Source: Desulfatiglandales bacterium | GTDB lineage: Bacteria > Desulfobacterota > DSM-4660 > Desulfatiglandales > Desulfatiglandaceae | Direction: 5' to 3' | DNA: 64,000 nt | Assembly (NCBI GenBank): GCA_963666345.1 | Contig: OY762721.1 | Span: forward strand, 2,432,001 to 2,496,000 | Shown here: in pieces, positions 1 to 9,960 of the stretch | How the letters are laid out: each line of letters begins with the position of its first letter | Position numbering within the stretch: the stretch's first letter is position 1 | Program-made: the position numbers and the translations under genes | The notes under the pieces: generated by a model | Told to the model about the DNA's origin: nothing | The model's input: the letters and a program-made list of their open reading frames with translations, nothing else | The model's database searches: none

Positions 1-2272
1 CGATCCGGTAGGCTCCTTCGGGCCGGTACTCGTCTATCTTTCGACCGTTCATAAGGACATCCACGTAGACCCCGAGCTGTCTTTCGGTGAGCCCGTTTGC
101 CGCAAGCCTCCTCTTGTCCGGCACGATATTGGCTTCAGGGTAGGAGAATTCAAGGGAGGGCACAGGCCTTATCTGCGCCTTGGGGATGGCCTGCCTGAGC
201 GCCCCGAACAGCATGCCTCCCGCCTGAACGATGTCCTGCAGGCCTTCCCCCGATATATTCACGTCGACGGTACGCCCTTTTCCCAGTTCCGATTCAAAGA
301 TGCCCGGCTGGATGCTGACTCCGAACATGCCCGGTATCGAGTGTATGATCCGGGTCAGTAGCGGGATAAGTTTCCCCACCTCCGTCTCATGTTCTTCGAC
401 ACAGGTGGTCCCGAAAAAGGTGAAGATGTCGGCTGAGAGAAAAAACATGTTTTTTATCCGGGGAAAACCGTCCCTGCCGTCTTCATCCATGTAAGGTTTG
501 AGTTGCCCGTAGATGTTATCCGCCACTTCATGCCTTTTCTGAGAGGAGTAACCCGGCGGTGGTACAAGGATGTTCATGATGATATTCTGGTTTCCCTGGG
601 GCAGGTACTCGGCCTTTGGCATCAGATAGACTGAGGTGGCAATGGAAAATGTCGTAAAGCCTACGACACACACAAGCCGGGTGAAGATGTTTTTCTGGAA
701 AAGAGATGAAACCGCCATGATAATGGATACGAAGAATCCTCCAACGGCTGCGACAGGGCCGCGCCTTCCTGCCTGTTTTATCTCTTTTTTCCCGTACATC
801 AGGTTCATTGTGGTGGGAATGAGGGTGATTGATGCCAGCAGGCTCAAGAGGATCGAAAATGTGATGGCAATGGCTATATCCTTGAAAAGCTGCCCCGCCT
901 CCTCCTTTATGAAGATAACCGGGAGAAACACGGCGACCGTGGTAAAGGTGGAGGCTATTACCGCGCCGTATACCTCTTTTGCCCCGTCATAGGCGGCATC
1001 CCTGATCTTTTTGCCCATTTTTCTGTGCCGGTCTATGTTTTCAAGGACGACTATCGAGTTGTCGAGCAGCATGCCGACCGCGAATGAGATCCCCGCGAGG
1101 CTGACCACGTTGAGATTCCTGTTAAAGAGCATGAGAAATGTGAAGGTGCCTACTGCCGATACAGGAATGGCCAGGGCGGTTGTGAGGGTGCTGCGAAAGC
1201 TTCTAAGGAAAAGGAGAAGCACCAGTATGGCAAGACTTCCTCCGATAAAGACATTATGCTTGACTATGTTTATGGCCTTGAGGATGTAGGGCGCCTCATC
1301 GTAGGACCACTTGATAACGAGGTTTTTTTCGGCAAGCACGTCTCTGTTGAGCCGGTCCACCTCATCTCTGACCCTCTCAACCACTTCAAGCACGTTCGCT
1401 CCGCTCTGGCGCCTTACCGCTATTACGATCGAGTCTGTTCCCCCTTCCATTATTGATACGAACTGCGGTTGGTATCCTATTCGCGTGCTTGCTATATCGC
1501 CAAGCAGGATGCGTTCCGATCCGTCGTCGAACAATACCACGTCAAGGGGGTCTTTAGGTGACTGAAACTTGGCCGCCGTTCTTATCCGGTAATTGGTGCG
1601 GTCTATTCCGAGAAGGCCGGCCGAGGTATCCTCGTTTGCCGCCGCCACCTTGGCAGTCACCTCGTTTATGGTGATGTTGTGCCTGGCCATTTTGACCGGG
1701 TCAAGCACGATCTCAAGCTGCTGCTCCGTGCCGCCGAATACCATCAGGGATGCCACCCCGTCCACCCTTTCCAGGTACTGGCGCACCTCGTTTTCAAAAT
1801 AGGTCTGATATTTGGCCACATCAGCGGGGTTGCCTTCTTTTACCTTCAGGTTCATGAAGATGATCGGCTTGGCATTGGCCCCGGAGGTATTAAGGATAGG
1901 CTTTTCAACGTTGTCGGGGTATTCCCATACCTCATCGAGCTTGTTTGATACCCTGAGGACCGCAGTGTTGATATCGGTTTCAAGACCGAAGGTCAGGGTT
2001 ATCCTTGCAAGGTCATTATAGGAGGAGCTTTCCATCTTGATGAGGTTCTGGAGGCTCTTCAGCTTGTCCTCCTGAACCTCCACCACCTCGCTTTCAATCT
2101 CATTTGGGGTGGCGCCCCGCCAGAAGGTATAGACCTCTATCTTGGGCAGTTCCGTGTCGGGCGCAAGCTGGACAGGCAGGCTTATGAGTCCTATGACCCC
2201 GAAGAGTATGAAAAGCAGGGCCCCTACCGCGACGGTTACCGGTTTGGAGATTGCGTATCTTATCAAGTCCAT
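1..2272 (-). CDS. Efflux RND transporter permease subunit (AcrB/AcrD/AcrF family), 3' end outside the window
   Basis: The reverse strand from ATG at 2272 reads MDLIRYAISKPVTVAVG..., continuing with GATPNEIESEVVEVQE and GISFAVGMLLDNSIVVLENIDRH, the RND TM4 motif. Open to the window edge and downstream of an MFP gene. Confidence 0.92.
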   Translation of the reverse strand, partial: MDLIRYAISKPVTVAVGALLFILFGVIGLISLPVQLAPDTELPKIEVYTFWRGATPNEIESEVVEVQEDKLKSLQNLIKMESSSYNDLARITLTFGLETDINTAVLRVSNKLDEVWEYPDNVEKPILNTSGANAKPIIFMNLKVKEGNPADVAKYQTYFENEVRQYLERVDGVASLMVFGGTEQQLEIVLDPVKMARHNITINEVTAKVAAANEDTSAGLLGIDRTNYRIRTAAKFQSPKDPLDVVLFDDGSERILLGDIASTRIGYQPQFVSIMEGGTDSIVIAVRRQSGANVLEVVERVRDEVDRLNRDVLAEKNLVIKWSYDEAPYILKAINIVKHNVFIGGSLAILVLLLFLRSFRSTLTTALAIPVSAVGTFTFLMLFNRNLNVVSLAGISFAVGMLLDNSIVVLENIDRHRKMGKKIRDAAYDGAKEVYGAVIASTFTTVAVFLPVIFIKEEAGQLFKDIAIAITFSILLSLLASITLIPTTMNLMYGKKEIKQAGRRGPVAAVGGFFVSIIMAVSSLFQKNIFTRLVCVVGFTTFSIATSVYLMPKAEYLPQGNQNIIMNILVPPPGYSSQKRHEVADNIYGQLKPYMDEDGRDGFPRIKNMFFLSADIFTFFGTTCVEEHETEVGKLIPLLTRIIHSIPGMFGVSIQPGIFESELGKGRTVDVNISGEGLQDIVQAGGMLFGALRQAIPKAQIRPVPSLEFSYPEANIVPDKRRLAANGLTERQLGVYVDVLMNGRKIDEYRPEGAYRI

Positions 2273-2286
2273 ATGCCCGTCCTGTC

Positions 2287-3375
2287 CTATTTTTTATCCT
2301 TGTCAGGGACCGTTGCGTCCTTTTCAATGATTTGAACCGGTTGATCAGGCATGAGCCTTGACCCACCGTCTACTATGACCGGCATCCCCTTTACAAACAT
2401 GGGGTCTTCCACTCCCGCAAATTCGCCTACAAAGGCGGATACCTTGATCGGGAGGGGAACAGCCCTTCCCTGTTTTACCGTGAAGACCATCTCCGTTCCC
2501 CTGAAGTTGACCAGGGCGTCCCTGGGCACCAGGGTCATCTTCTTCGGACTGTCCGTTGGCACAAGGACTATGGCGGACATGTTTTCCACGACCATCGGAA
2601 TCCTCGGCAGGCCTATCTTTATCATCACGTTTTTGGTCTTGAGGTCCGCGACCGGTAGAAACCCTCTGATAACTCCCGGCACCTTTTTGGCAAACGCGGT
2701 CAGGGTGACCTCGATCTGTTCGCCCTTTCCGGAAAAGAGCATCAGCTCCTCCGAGACAGGCACCTTTACGCACAGATCGTCAAGCGAGCCGAGGCGGCAG
2801 AGATTCGTGCCGGGAGCTACCCAGTCCCCGATTTCCACGTATTTTTCAAGCGCTATCCCGTCAAAGGGCGCCCTGATGACGCTCTTTGATTTTTTCAGCC
2901 TTGCTATCTCAAGCTGCTTCAAGAGCGCGTCTTTTTCCTTGAAAAGCTCGCTATGACCGAAGACAAGATCGTCATAGGCCTTTTCAGCCGCGGCATTTTC
3001 CTTGTACAGGGTGCTGTACCGCTTGATGTCCTTATCCTTCCTTGCTATCTGAACATCCACCAGCTCGATCCTGGTGAGGGCAAGATCTATCTCCTTTTCA
3101 ATGAAATCGGTATTGAGCCTTGCCAGTATCCGCCCCTTTTTGATCCTGTCTCCCGCCCTCAGGGAAATCGACTTTACAAGCCCCGAGACCTCGGTGGAGA
3201 TCCTGCTCACCCTGTCGAAATAAAGTGTCCCGATTATGGGGGTGTTTTTTGCCACGACCCTTTCCTCCACCGGTGCCACCACGACCCTGGCAGGCGGGGG
3301 TCCGTTTTTCCCCTCCGCCGCCTGCGCGACGCCAGGGGTCAGGAGAAGACAGATCACATATAAGAGATATTTCAT
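2287..3375 (-). CDS. Efflux RND transporter periplasmic adaptor (MFP) subunit
   Basis: Signal peptide, lipoyl-like halves (ISTEVSGLVKSI, IRAPFDGI) flanking a coiled coil, LVPRDAL motif; adjacent to the RND permease. Confidence 0.92.
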   Translation of the reverse strand: MKYLLYVICLLLTPGVAQAAEGKNGPPPARVVVAPVEERVVAKNTPIIGTLYFDRVSRISTEVSGLVKSISLRAGDRIKKGRILARLNTDFIEKEIDLALTRIELVDVQIARKDKDIKRYSTLYKENAAAEKAYDDLVFGHSELFKEKDALLKQLEIARLKKSKSVIRAPFDGIALEKYVEIGDWVAPGTNLCRLGSLDDLCVKVPVSEELMLFSGKGEQIEVTLTAFAKKVPGVIRGFLPVADLKTKNVMIKIGLPRIPMVVENMSAIVLVPTDSPKKMTLVPRDALVNFRGTEMVFTVKQGRAVPLPIKVSAFVGEFAGVEDPMFVKGMPVIVDGGSRLMPDQPVQIIEKDATVPDKDKK

Positions 3376-3729
3376 GGGTTACCTCTTCAGGAATATCGAT
3401 GTTAAAGGCATGATTCAGGGCCGGCTTTCCCGCCATTTTGTGATTCATATCCGTCAGTTTCTTATCCACGAGAATGGATGGCAGGATATATAAAAACTCA
3501 AGAATGATTGATACAGATTTTTAAACCCTGTTTGAATTTTAGTCAAGGCACCCCTGATTTATCAGCGGGGTTTCAGATGCAATTCAAGCTTGTGAAGCCG
3601 GGGACCCGCCGCAAAGCGAAGATAAAGCCCTTTATCAGCAGGGCTGAAGGAGAGCTTGTTAGGTCCGCTGCTTTTGTGCTATATATCCGGCTGACAATTC
3701 AATAAATTTGTATGTTCTCTGGAGGCAAA

Positions 3730-4956
3730 ATGAGTTTTTTCGGCATATTCGGCGGCAGATCGCTTGAGCAAAGAGAGGAAAAAGGGGATTCACTTTTTGA
3801 GGCGGGTGACTACGGCCTTGCCAAGATGGAATATGAGAATCTGGTTGAAAAGATAATCAAGGGCGAGCGGAAAGACCCGGAACTTGAAAAAAGGGTGATT
3901 GAAAAGCTCGACAGGACAAGGGAACTCCTCGCCGTAAGGCACAGGGAAGAAGGCCTTGAGATCATGGAATCAGGTTATTTGGAGGCGGCGGCCGATTCCT
4001 TCAGGCTCGCTCTTGAGCTTACGCACGACCCTGAGATGACAGAGGAGTTAAAGGGGCTTCTTAAAAGGACCTCTGATTTCTCCGATGAGGGCAGTGACGC
4101 CTGTTATATTGACCGGCCGGCTGGCCGAACCGAAGATAAGGACGAGCGAACCGGAGAAGACGACCTTTTCGACGCCCTTTTAAGCGGGCTCCCTGAGCCT
4201 GTCAGGGATGCCTATTACAGCTATGGAGATACCTTCAGAAAAGGGTATCTCGCCCTTAATGAGGCGGACTTCAATCTCGCCGCAGACATGCTTTATGAGG
4301 CAATGGAGGAAAGCGGGCGTCATAGCTATGTGCCGATAGAGCTTGCGGCTGCATATCTCAATCTTGAAAGGTTTGATGAGGCAAGGAAGTTTTCGGAGGA
4401 TTTCGTGAGAAACTTCCCCGAATGGACACAGGGGTATCAGATACTGTGCGAGAGCCTCTGGGCCCTGGGCCGATTCGATGCGGCCCTTGAATGGCTTGAT
4501 TCCAGCCCTGCCGAGGTTGCCGGTTCCCTCCCCATGCTTCTTCTTAAGGGAGATACCCTTGTCAGGGGGAGAAGATTTGATGAGGCTGCCGGGCTTTTTG
4601 AACAGGAGCTTGAGCTAAACGGGTGGCAGCCTGATATGGCACGGGCGCTTGCCATGACCTATGAGGAGCAGGGGGAAAAGGAGGATGCCCGTGATATCTT
4701 TTCAAAACTGCTTGAGTCATGCCGGGCCTGCGGGGCCAAGCAGGACCTGTTTTCAAAAAAGAGGTTCTCGGAACTCAGTTTCGAACTTGGAGATCGTTCA
4801 CCAAACCTGCTCGGGCTCTACCTTTCCCTTGTGCAGGAGGACCCATCCATGCGGGCTCAATATTATCGGAAGATAAGCGCGATATACGAGGCCCAGGGAA
4901 ACAGTGTCGAGGCGGGACGTTTCGCGGATTTCGCCCAAAGGGCAATGAGCGAATAG
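3730..4956 (+). CDS. Tetratricopeptide repeat protein
   Basis: Repeated TPR-like helical motifs (ALGRFDAAL, RGRRFDEAA, EQGEKEDAR); GGAGG RBS before ATG 3730. Confidence 0.8.
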   Translation: MSFFGIFGGRSLEQREEKGDSLFEAGDYGLAKMEYENLVEKIIKGERKDPELEKRVIEKLDRTRELLAVRHREEGLEIMESGYLEAAADSFRLALELTHDPEMTEELKGLLKRTSDFSDEGSDACYIDRPAGRTEDKDERTGEDDLFDALLSGLPEPVRDAYYSYGDTFRKGYLALNEADFNLAADMLYEAMEESGRHSYVPIELAAAYLNLERFDEARKFSEDFVRNFPEWTQGYQILCESLWALGRFDAALEWLDSSPAEVAGSLPMLLLKGDTLVRGRRFDEAAGLFEQELELNGWQPDMARALAMTYEEQGEKEDARDIFSKLLESCRACGAKQDLFSKKRFSELSFELGDRSPNLLGLYLSLVQEDPSMRAQYYRKISAIYEAQGNSVEAGRFADFAQRAMSE

Positions 4957-4971
4957 GATTAAAAAAAGGGT

Positions 4972-5253
4972 CTAAAACAGCTCTTCATCACCTATGTCAT
5001 CCATTTTGATCCATATCCGGTAAAGCTTTTCTCCGCTTCGCTCAAAGCATTTGAATCCGGCGGGGTCCACCTCTTCCACCTCCACCCGGCCAAGCTCCCT
5101 GCACTGGGCAAGCCAGTTTTCAAAATGGGCACCCCCTCCGAAATATGCCTTTTTCCATACGGTCCCGTCTTTATCGACCCGTTCGGTGACAAGCTCTTCC
5201 TCAGCCATTTTCCGGCGGACGTCCTCATTTTCTTCAACGTGATTTTCAGACAT
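4972..5253 (-). CDS. Small hypothetical protein (about 93 aa)
   Basis: Protein-like acidic sequence MSENHVEE...WKKAYFGGGAHFENWL...KLYRIW; divergent from the peroxiredoxin gene. Confidence 0.65.
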   Translation of the reverse strand: MSENHVEENEDVRRKMAEEELVTERVDKDGTVWKKAYFGGGAHFENWLAQCRELGRVEVEEVDPAGFKCFERSGEKLYRIWIKMDDIGDEELF

Positions 5254-5438
5254 GATATGTCTCACAAAAAAGGGTGCACCAGGACGCTGCTCCTTTCCAA
5301 CTCCGATAATCCACCCTATTGTAACAATATAGTTCATAAGTACGCAAGGGCAGGCGATATTCAGATTAGCATTGTACAGGCCGGGCCTTTCGTATAATAT
5401 ATGAACAGATATAACGTCATAGATGAAAGGAGGCAATA

Positions 5439-6158
5439 ATGGCGGAGGAAATGAAAGTCGGCTGCGCGCGACCAACCGGCGGCCCGGTCGGAGAGATTGC
5501 CGAGGAGGAATCCAAAGAGAAAACAGTTACAAAAAAGGAGGTTTCACCAATGATCCAGGTAGGGAAAAAGGCCCCTGATTTCGCGGCTCCGGGATATCAA
5601 AACGGAAAATTTATATCCATAAACCTATCGGAATATCTGGGTAAATGGGTGGTGCTCTGCTTCTACCCGGGTGATTTTACCTTTGTCTGAGCGACCGAGA
5701 TTTCGGCGGTCGCCGAAAAACACCCCGAGTTTCAGAAACTGGGAGTGGAAGTGCTTTCCATGAGCATAGACAGTGTGTTCGTGCATAAGATGTGGAATGA
5801 CAACGAGCTTTCAAAGATGGTTGAAGGGGGAGTTCCTTTTCCAATGCTTTCTGATGCCGGAGGAAAGGTGGGCAAGGTATTCGGTGTCTATGACGAGGAC
5901 GCGGGAGTGGAGACAAGGGGCAGATTCATCATTGATCCTGACGGGGTCATCCAGGGTTATGAGGTGCTCACGCCTCCTGTGGGAAGAAACGTGAATGAAT
6001 CGCTCAGGCAGTTACAGGCCTTTCAGCTTGTAAGAAACAGCAAGGGCACAGAGGCTACCCCTTCCGGCTGGAAACCGGGGAAAATGACCCTCAAGCCCGG
6101 CCCCGATCTTGTAGGCAAGGTGTGGGAAGTCTGGAAGACGGACATGGCCTTCGACTGA
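5439..6158 (+). CDS. prxU: Selenocysteine-containing peroxiredoxin (AhpC/PrxU type)
   Basis: ORFs 5439-5690 and 5745-6158 are in the same frame, joined by TGA at 5688-5690 exactly at the peroxidatic position ([17 protein letters not shown]). N-terminal GCARPTGG extension; hairpin immediately 3' of the TGA. Confidence 0.9.
5691..5713 (+). promoter_or_regulatory. Candidate bacterial SECIS hairpin
   Basis: GCGACCG-AGATTTCGG-CGGTCGC: perfect 7-bp stem starting directly after the in-frame TGA. Confidence 0.7.
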
Positions 6159-6175
6159 AAAAACATATGAGAGAT

Positions 6176-6215
6176 AAAGAGGCTGTCCGGTGCATACCTG
6201 GCAGCCCTTTTTTAT
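6176..6215 (+). terminator. Rho-independent terminator of prxU
   Basis: GGCTGTC...GGCAGCC stem followed by a T run. Confidence 0.7.
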
Positions 6216-6678
6216 TGAAGAATGAGGTCCTTCCGCTTCCTGATTGTCCGGTAATTTACGCTTTTGATCTTGAATAATATCCGGTATTCTGTTATTGCTC
6301 AAAATTGATCGAAGGTATTTTTATGCAGGAAAATATGTAAGTCATGCCTTATTAACCGGAATCAGCCTTCAGCTCTGCATGTTTCATTTGTGTATTAACG
6401 CCCCTTCAAGGAAGGGGGATACCGATGAACTGCTCCCTGTCATACAAAAGACCGCACGCAGCGGCATTTTCAAAAAGCGCATCCTGCGCCCCTAAAATCA
6501 CAAAACAACTGTTTTTATCGATGCACAGAAACATGTGCATTTTGCCTTTCAGAAATCCGCCATGCCCGCAAAGGGATTTGAAAGGCACAGGAGAGCTGAT
6601 CATTAAAAGGTGTATGCGATGCCGTAAACTTACGCGAATGATTGAGGAAATCAATTGCATGACAGGAGATTTTATCAA

Positions 6679-7191
6679 ATGACAGATGTCGTGCCGGTGG
6701 AAAGAATTACGGACAAAATATATCTATTCAGGGGTAAAAAGGTTTTGATGGACAGAGATTTGGCTGCGCTTTATGGAGTGGAAACGGCTCAGTTGAAAAG
6801 AGCTGTAAGGAGGAATATTGAGCGATTTCCTGTTGATTTTATGTTCGAATTGACAAAACAGGAGTTTGAGAATTGGAGATGCCACTTTGGCACCTCCAAT
6901 AGTGAAAAGATGGGGTTGAGATACAGCCCTATGGTTTTTACAGAGCAGGGTGTCGCAATGTTATCGAGCGTCTTGAGAAGCAAACGTGCAATTGAGGTAA
7001 ACATCGCCATCATGCGTGCTTTTGTAAAACTCCGGGAAATGTCGGCAACACATAAAGAATTAGCGCGTAAATTTTATGACTTGGAGCAACACCTCAAAGA
7101 CCATGATGAGCAGATACAGACTATTTTTGAGGCAATTCAACAGTTGTTTGCACCTCCAGAGCAACCCCGGAAAAAATTGGGTTTGAAGTGA
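6679..7191 (+). CDS. ORF6N domain-containing protein
   Basis: IYLFRGKKVLMDRDLAALYGVET...RRNIERFPVDFMFEL...FTEQGVAMLSSVL signature; AGGAG RBS. Confidence 0.9.
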   Translation: MTDVVPVERITDKIYLFRGKKVLMDRDLAALYGVETAQLKRAVRRNIERFPVDFMFELTKQEFENWRCHFGTSNSEKMGLRYSPMVFTEQGVAMLSSVLRSKRAIEVNIAIMRAFVKLREMSATHKELARKFYDLEQHLKDHDEQIQTIFEAIQQLFAPPEQPRKKLGLK

Positions 7192-7393
7192 AGGATAAAA
7201 AAGGCTGCTATGGTAAACGAAGCAGAAAGAAACAACCATGAATCAGTATTTTTTTTGAATTTTTTTAAAATCTCTTTTCCGTGTGACCGTAGCTGTCAAA
7301 ACCATGAGCTAAGATGTAATAAATGTTTGATTTTCTCACTAAAAAGAAATGCCCCATTCCACGGGCTCAATCCGAACGATATTAGCGTTGGGG

Positions 7394-7497
7394 GGAGCTA
7401 CATTTTGGTCGTTCCCATAAAAAAGCGGTTTAAAAGTCCCGTTGTGATTGACACCCCCCCACCACGCCTCCCCCACAGGATGCGCACCCCGGCGGGT
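7394..7497. repeat. 104-bp dispersed element, copy 1 (most diverged)
   Basis: Ungapped match to 10120-10223, 11112-11215 and 12730-12833; core TGATTGACA...CCACAGGATGCGCA...GGCGGGT. Confidence 0.85.
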
Positions 7498-7595
7498 ATT
7501 TTATGTGGAGCCACTCTGCGACCGCTTTTGCCTGCTTCACACATACCGCCTAAAAAAACTATAAAGTACTGATATGGCCAAAATAAACAAATTAT

Positions 7596-7624
7596 TTGAC
7601 AATAATAGAACCAATAAGTACTAT
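7596..7624 (+). promoter_or_regulatory. Sigma70-type promoter, probably giving a leaderless mRNA of the XRE gene
   Basis: TTGACA (7596-7601), 17 bp, TACTAT (7619-7624); ATG at 7632 with no Shine-Dalgarno sequence. Confidence 0.7.
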
Positions 7625-7631
7625 CAAAGAC

Positions 7632-8768
7632 ATGAAACCATCCCTTGATTTCATAGGAAAAAACATACGGTTTCTGCGGCGTCAGAGCAGTTGGACCCTT
7701 GCGCAATTAGCCAAAAGGGTCGGAATGAACGAAGGACCCTTAGGAAGGATAGAGCGGGGGGTCAACGCGCCCTCGGCATCGGTGATATATCGTCTGGCAA
7801 AGGTGTTCGGGGTTTCCGTGAACGCCCTTTTTGCAGAGGCTGAACAGGATCTTCACAATGTTCGTTTCGAGGGAGCGCACGACCCTTTCCTGGTGAGCAT
7901 CGGAAAGGAGGATGCGGTCCTTCCTGCCGGAATTCAGAGGATGACTGGAGATATCATCGCGGGTTTTCAGGCCTTAGAGGATATCTGCAACGCCCGGAAA
8001 CGTGCCGGAATACCCCTTCTTATTCCCTTTGATCCGACCGAGGAGGGCATTTGCGCCCTTTCGGAAACCGTACGGCGCATCATGGAAATCAAGCACGGCA
8101 TAGTGTTCGATTACTTCGAACTATTTGAAAACCAGGGATTCAGGGTGGTTGTCCTTCCTCTGCCTAAAGACATAGACGGCTTTTCCTATTATGACCCCCC
8201 CAATCAGAACGCCTTTTTCTTCCTGAACACCCGCAAGAATCCCGAACGGCAGCTTTTTCACCTTGCGTATGAACTGGGCAGGTTATTCATTTTTACATAT
8301 ACGATGCAGCAGGGAACCGAATTGTTTGACACCCGGGACGAGCAAGGACCCTACGGCCAAAAACCATTTACCGCGCGGCATGGGGCAAACCGTTTTGCGG
8401 CAAATTTTCTCATGCCCCGAAAGACCGTGTTCGATACGGTGAACCAGTTGGGCATTCAAAAAAAACGCTGGTCCTATGAATTGCTGCTCCGGATAAAACA
8501 TCGCTTCGGCGTTTCCGCCGAGACCTTTCTATACCGCTTGAAAGAACTTGAGTTGATTGATCCCGCCTCAGTTGAACCCCTGAAAGAGAAGATCTACGAT
8601 CATTACGATAAAACAACATTCGGCGAACCCGACTTGTCCAGGCGGCTTTTGACCCCCAACGGCAGGTTGTGGGACCTGGTCCTGACTGGAAAAGAAGTGG
8701 CCGAGGGGCGTGATGAAGTCCTGGAAATTGAACAGAGGCTAACAAAGTGGAAGGTGGTAAAAAAATAA
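7632..8768 (+). CDS. XRE-family HTH regulator fused to an ImmA/IrrE (peptidase M78)-like domain with a degenerate zinc motif
   Basis: N-terminal IGKNIRFLRRQSSWTLAQLAKRVGM...IERG HTH; C-terminal ERQLFHLAYELGR and ANRFAANFLMP. Confidence 0.85.
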   Translation: MKPSLDFIGKNIRFLRRQSSWTLAQLAKRVGMNEGPLGRIERGVNAPSASVIYRLAKVFGVSVNALFAEAEQDLHNVRFEGAHDPFLVSIGKEDAVLPAGIQRMTGDIIAGFQALEDICNARKRAGIPLLIPFDPTEEGICALSETVRRIMEIKHGIVFDYFELFENQGFRVVVLPLPKDIDGFSYYDPPNQNAFFFLNTRKNPERQLFHLAYELGRLFIFTYTMQQGTELFDTRDEQGPYGQKPFTARHGANRFAANFLMPRKTVFDTVNQLGIQKKRWSYELLLRIKHRFGVSAETFLYRLKELELIDPASVEPLKEKIYDHYDKTTFGEPDLSRRLLTPNGRLWDLVLTGKEVAEGRDEVLEIEQRLTKWKVVKK

Positions 8769-8788
8769 AGCTGCTTGACACATTAAGT

Positions 8789-8821
8789 ATTGTCAATTAT
8801 TGATTAACAATAATTGACAAT
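8789..8821. promoter_or_regulatory. Perfect inverted repeat, operator-like, upstream of the ATPase gene
   Basis: ATTGTCAATTATTG-ATTAA-CAATAATTGACAAT (14-bp arms), just downstream of TTGACA at 8775-8780. Confidence 0.7.
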
Positions 8822-8838
8822 CAACAAAATGGAGTTGT

Positions 8839-9960
8839 ATGGCTAATCCATTCACATTGCGGGTTATTCCGCCTTTTTATCCTTTTTGCAACCGTACCAT
8901 TGAGCTCCGGCAGCTATGTTCTCATGCGGACAATAAAGCAAATGTTGTGTTATTTTCGCCCAGACGCTACGGAAAAACTTCGCTCGTAAGAAAACTTCAG
9001 TCCGACCTGTCCGAAAAGGGCTTTTTTACGGTTTATGTCGACTTTTTCATGGCAACATCCGAAAGTGAAATCGCCCGGCGTATTTCCCAAAGCATATATT
9101 CTGTTCTGCATGCGCGTGAATCACTTTTGGGCAAAGGCGTTCGTTTTCTAAAGACATTTAAAACCTTCCGTCCCGTGTTTAAGCCATCCCCTGAAAGCGG
9201 TTTTTCATTTTCTGTTGAGCCTGTCTCATCGGCTATATCCGGTATCGACCTCATTGACAATGTGATGGAAGACCTCGGTCAGTTTATTCGCGCTGAATCG
9301 ATAAATGCCCATATTGTCTTTGATGAATTCCAGGAAATCAGTGAATTGAAAAACTCACCCATAGAAGGGATTTTTCGAAGACACATCCAGGAACAACGGG
9401 CATCCTATTTTTTTGTAGGCAGCCGCAGGAGAATTCTTCTCGATATGTTCAACAGAAAAAGCCGGCCGTTTTATCAAAGTGCAATAATGTATCCCTTAAG
9501 ACCTTTACCTGCCAAGGAACTCGTTTTATTTCTGGTTGATAGATTCAAGGAGGGCGGAAAAAGTTGTCCCATCCGGGTCGCTGAAAAAATTTCGGAAAAG
9601 GTGTCCCAATATCCTTACTATGCGCAAGCCCTGGCATATAATGTATTCGAAATTGTCCAAGACATTGTCACGGAAGATGATATTCAGACCGGTTTTAACA
9701 ACATGCTGGCCTCTGAAAGATACGGCTACGAGGCTATGGTTCAGGGACTTACCGGACCCCAGATCGCTCTTTTAAAGGCCCTTGCCGTTGATCCTGTTTC
9801 AAAGATCCTGTCCGCAGAATATATGAATCGCCACAGGCTGTCTGCCGGCGGGATTCAATACGCCCGCAATAAATTGGAAAGTCTGGACTTAATAGAGAGA
9901 CACGACAATATCTGGAAAATAGTCGATCCGGTCTTCGCCTGCTGGCTGGCCGGGTATTGA
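8839..9960 (+). CDS. P-loop ATP-binding protein (archaeal ATPase/ATPase_2-like) with probable C-terminal wHTH
   Basis: NPF...FCNR..EL start, Walker A SPRRYGKTS, Walker B IVFDEFQEI, C-terminal DPVFACWL. Confidence 0.85.
   Translation: MANPFTLRVIPPFYPFCNRTIELRQLCSHADNKANVVLFSPRRYGKTSLVRKLQSDLSEKGFFTVYVDFFMATSESEIARRISQSIYSVLHARESLLGKGVRFLKTFKTFRPVFKPSPESGFSFSVEPVSSAISGIDLIDNVMEDLGQFIRAESINAHIVFDEFQEISELKNSPIEGIFRRHIQEQRASYFFVGSRRRILLDMFNRKSRPFYQSAIMYPLRPLPAKELVLFLVDRFKEGGKSCPIRVAEKISEKVSQYPYYAQALAYNVFEIVQDIVTEDDIQTGFNNMLASERYGYEAMVQGLTGPQIALLKALAVDPVSKILSAEYMNRHRLSAGGIQYARNKLESLDLIERHDNIWKIVDPVFACWLAGY

Noticed and set aside
231..2330. Many plus-strand ORFs over the RND permease
   Set aside because: Antisense shadows of one long minus-strand gene that the ORF track missed because it runs off the window.
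5688..5690. Peroxiredoxin as a nonsense pseudogene or two separate genes
   Set aside because: The TGA is at the catalytic column and followed by a hairpin; Sec recoding explains it better.
6295..6682. Short ORFs between prxU and ORF6N
   Set aside because: No recognisable motif and overlapping alternative frames; cannot be supported.
7468..7486. 104-bp element as a degenerate CRISPR repeat (CreA/CreR-like mini-array), because CCCCACAGGATGCG resembles CCCCACATGCG
   Set aside because: The match is short, lacks the GGGGATGAACCG half and the repeat-spacer-repeat spacing, and is weaker in the other three copies.
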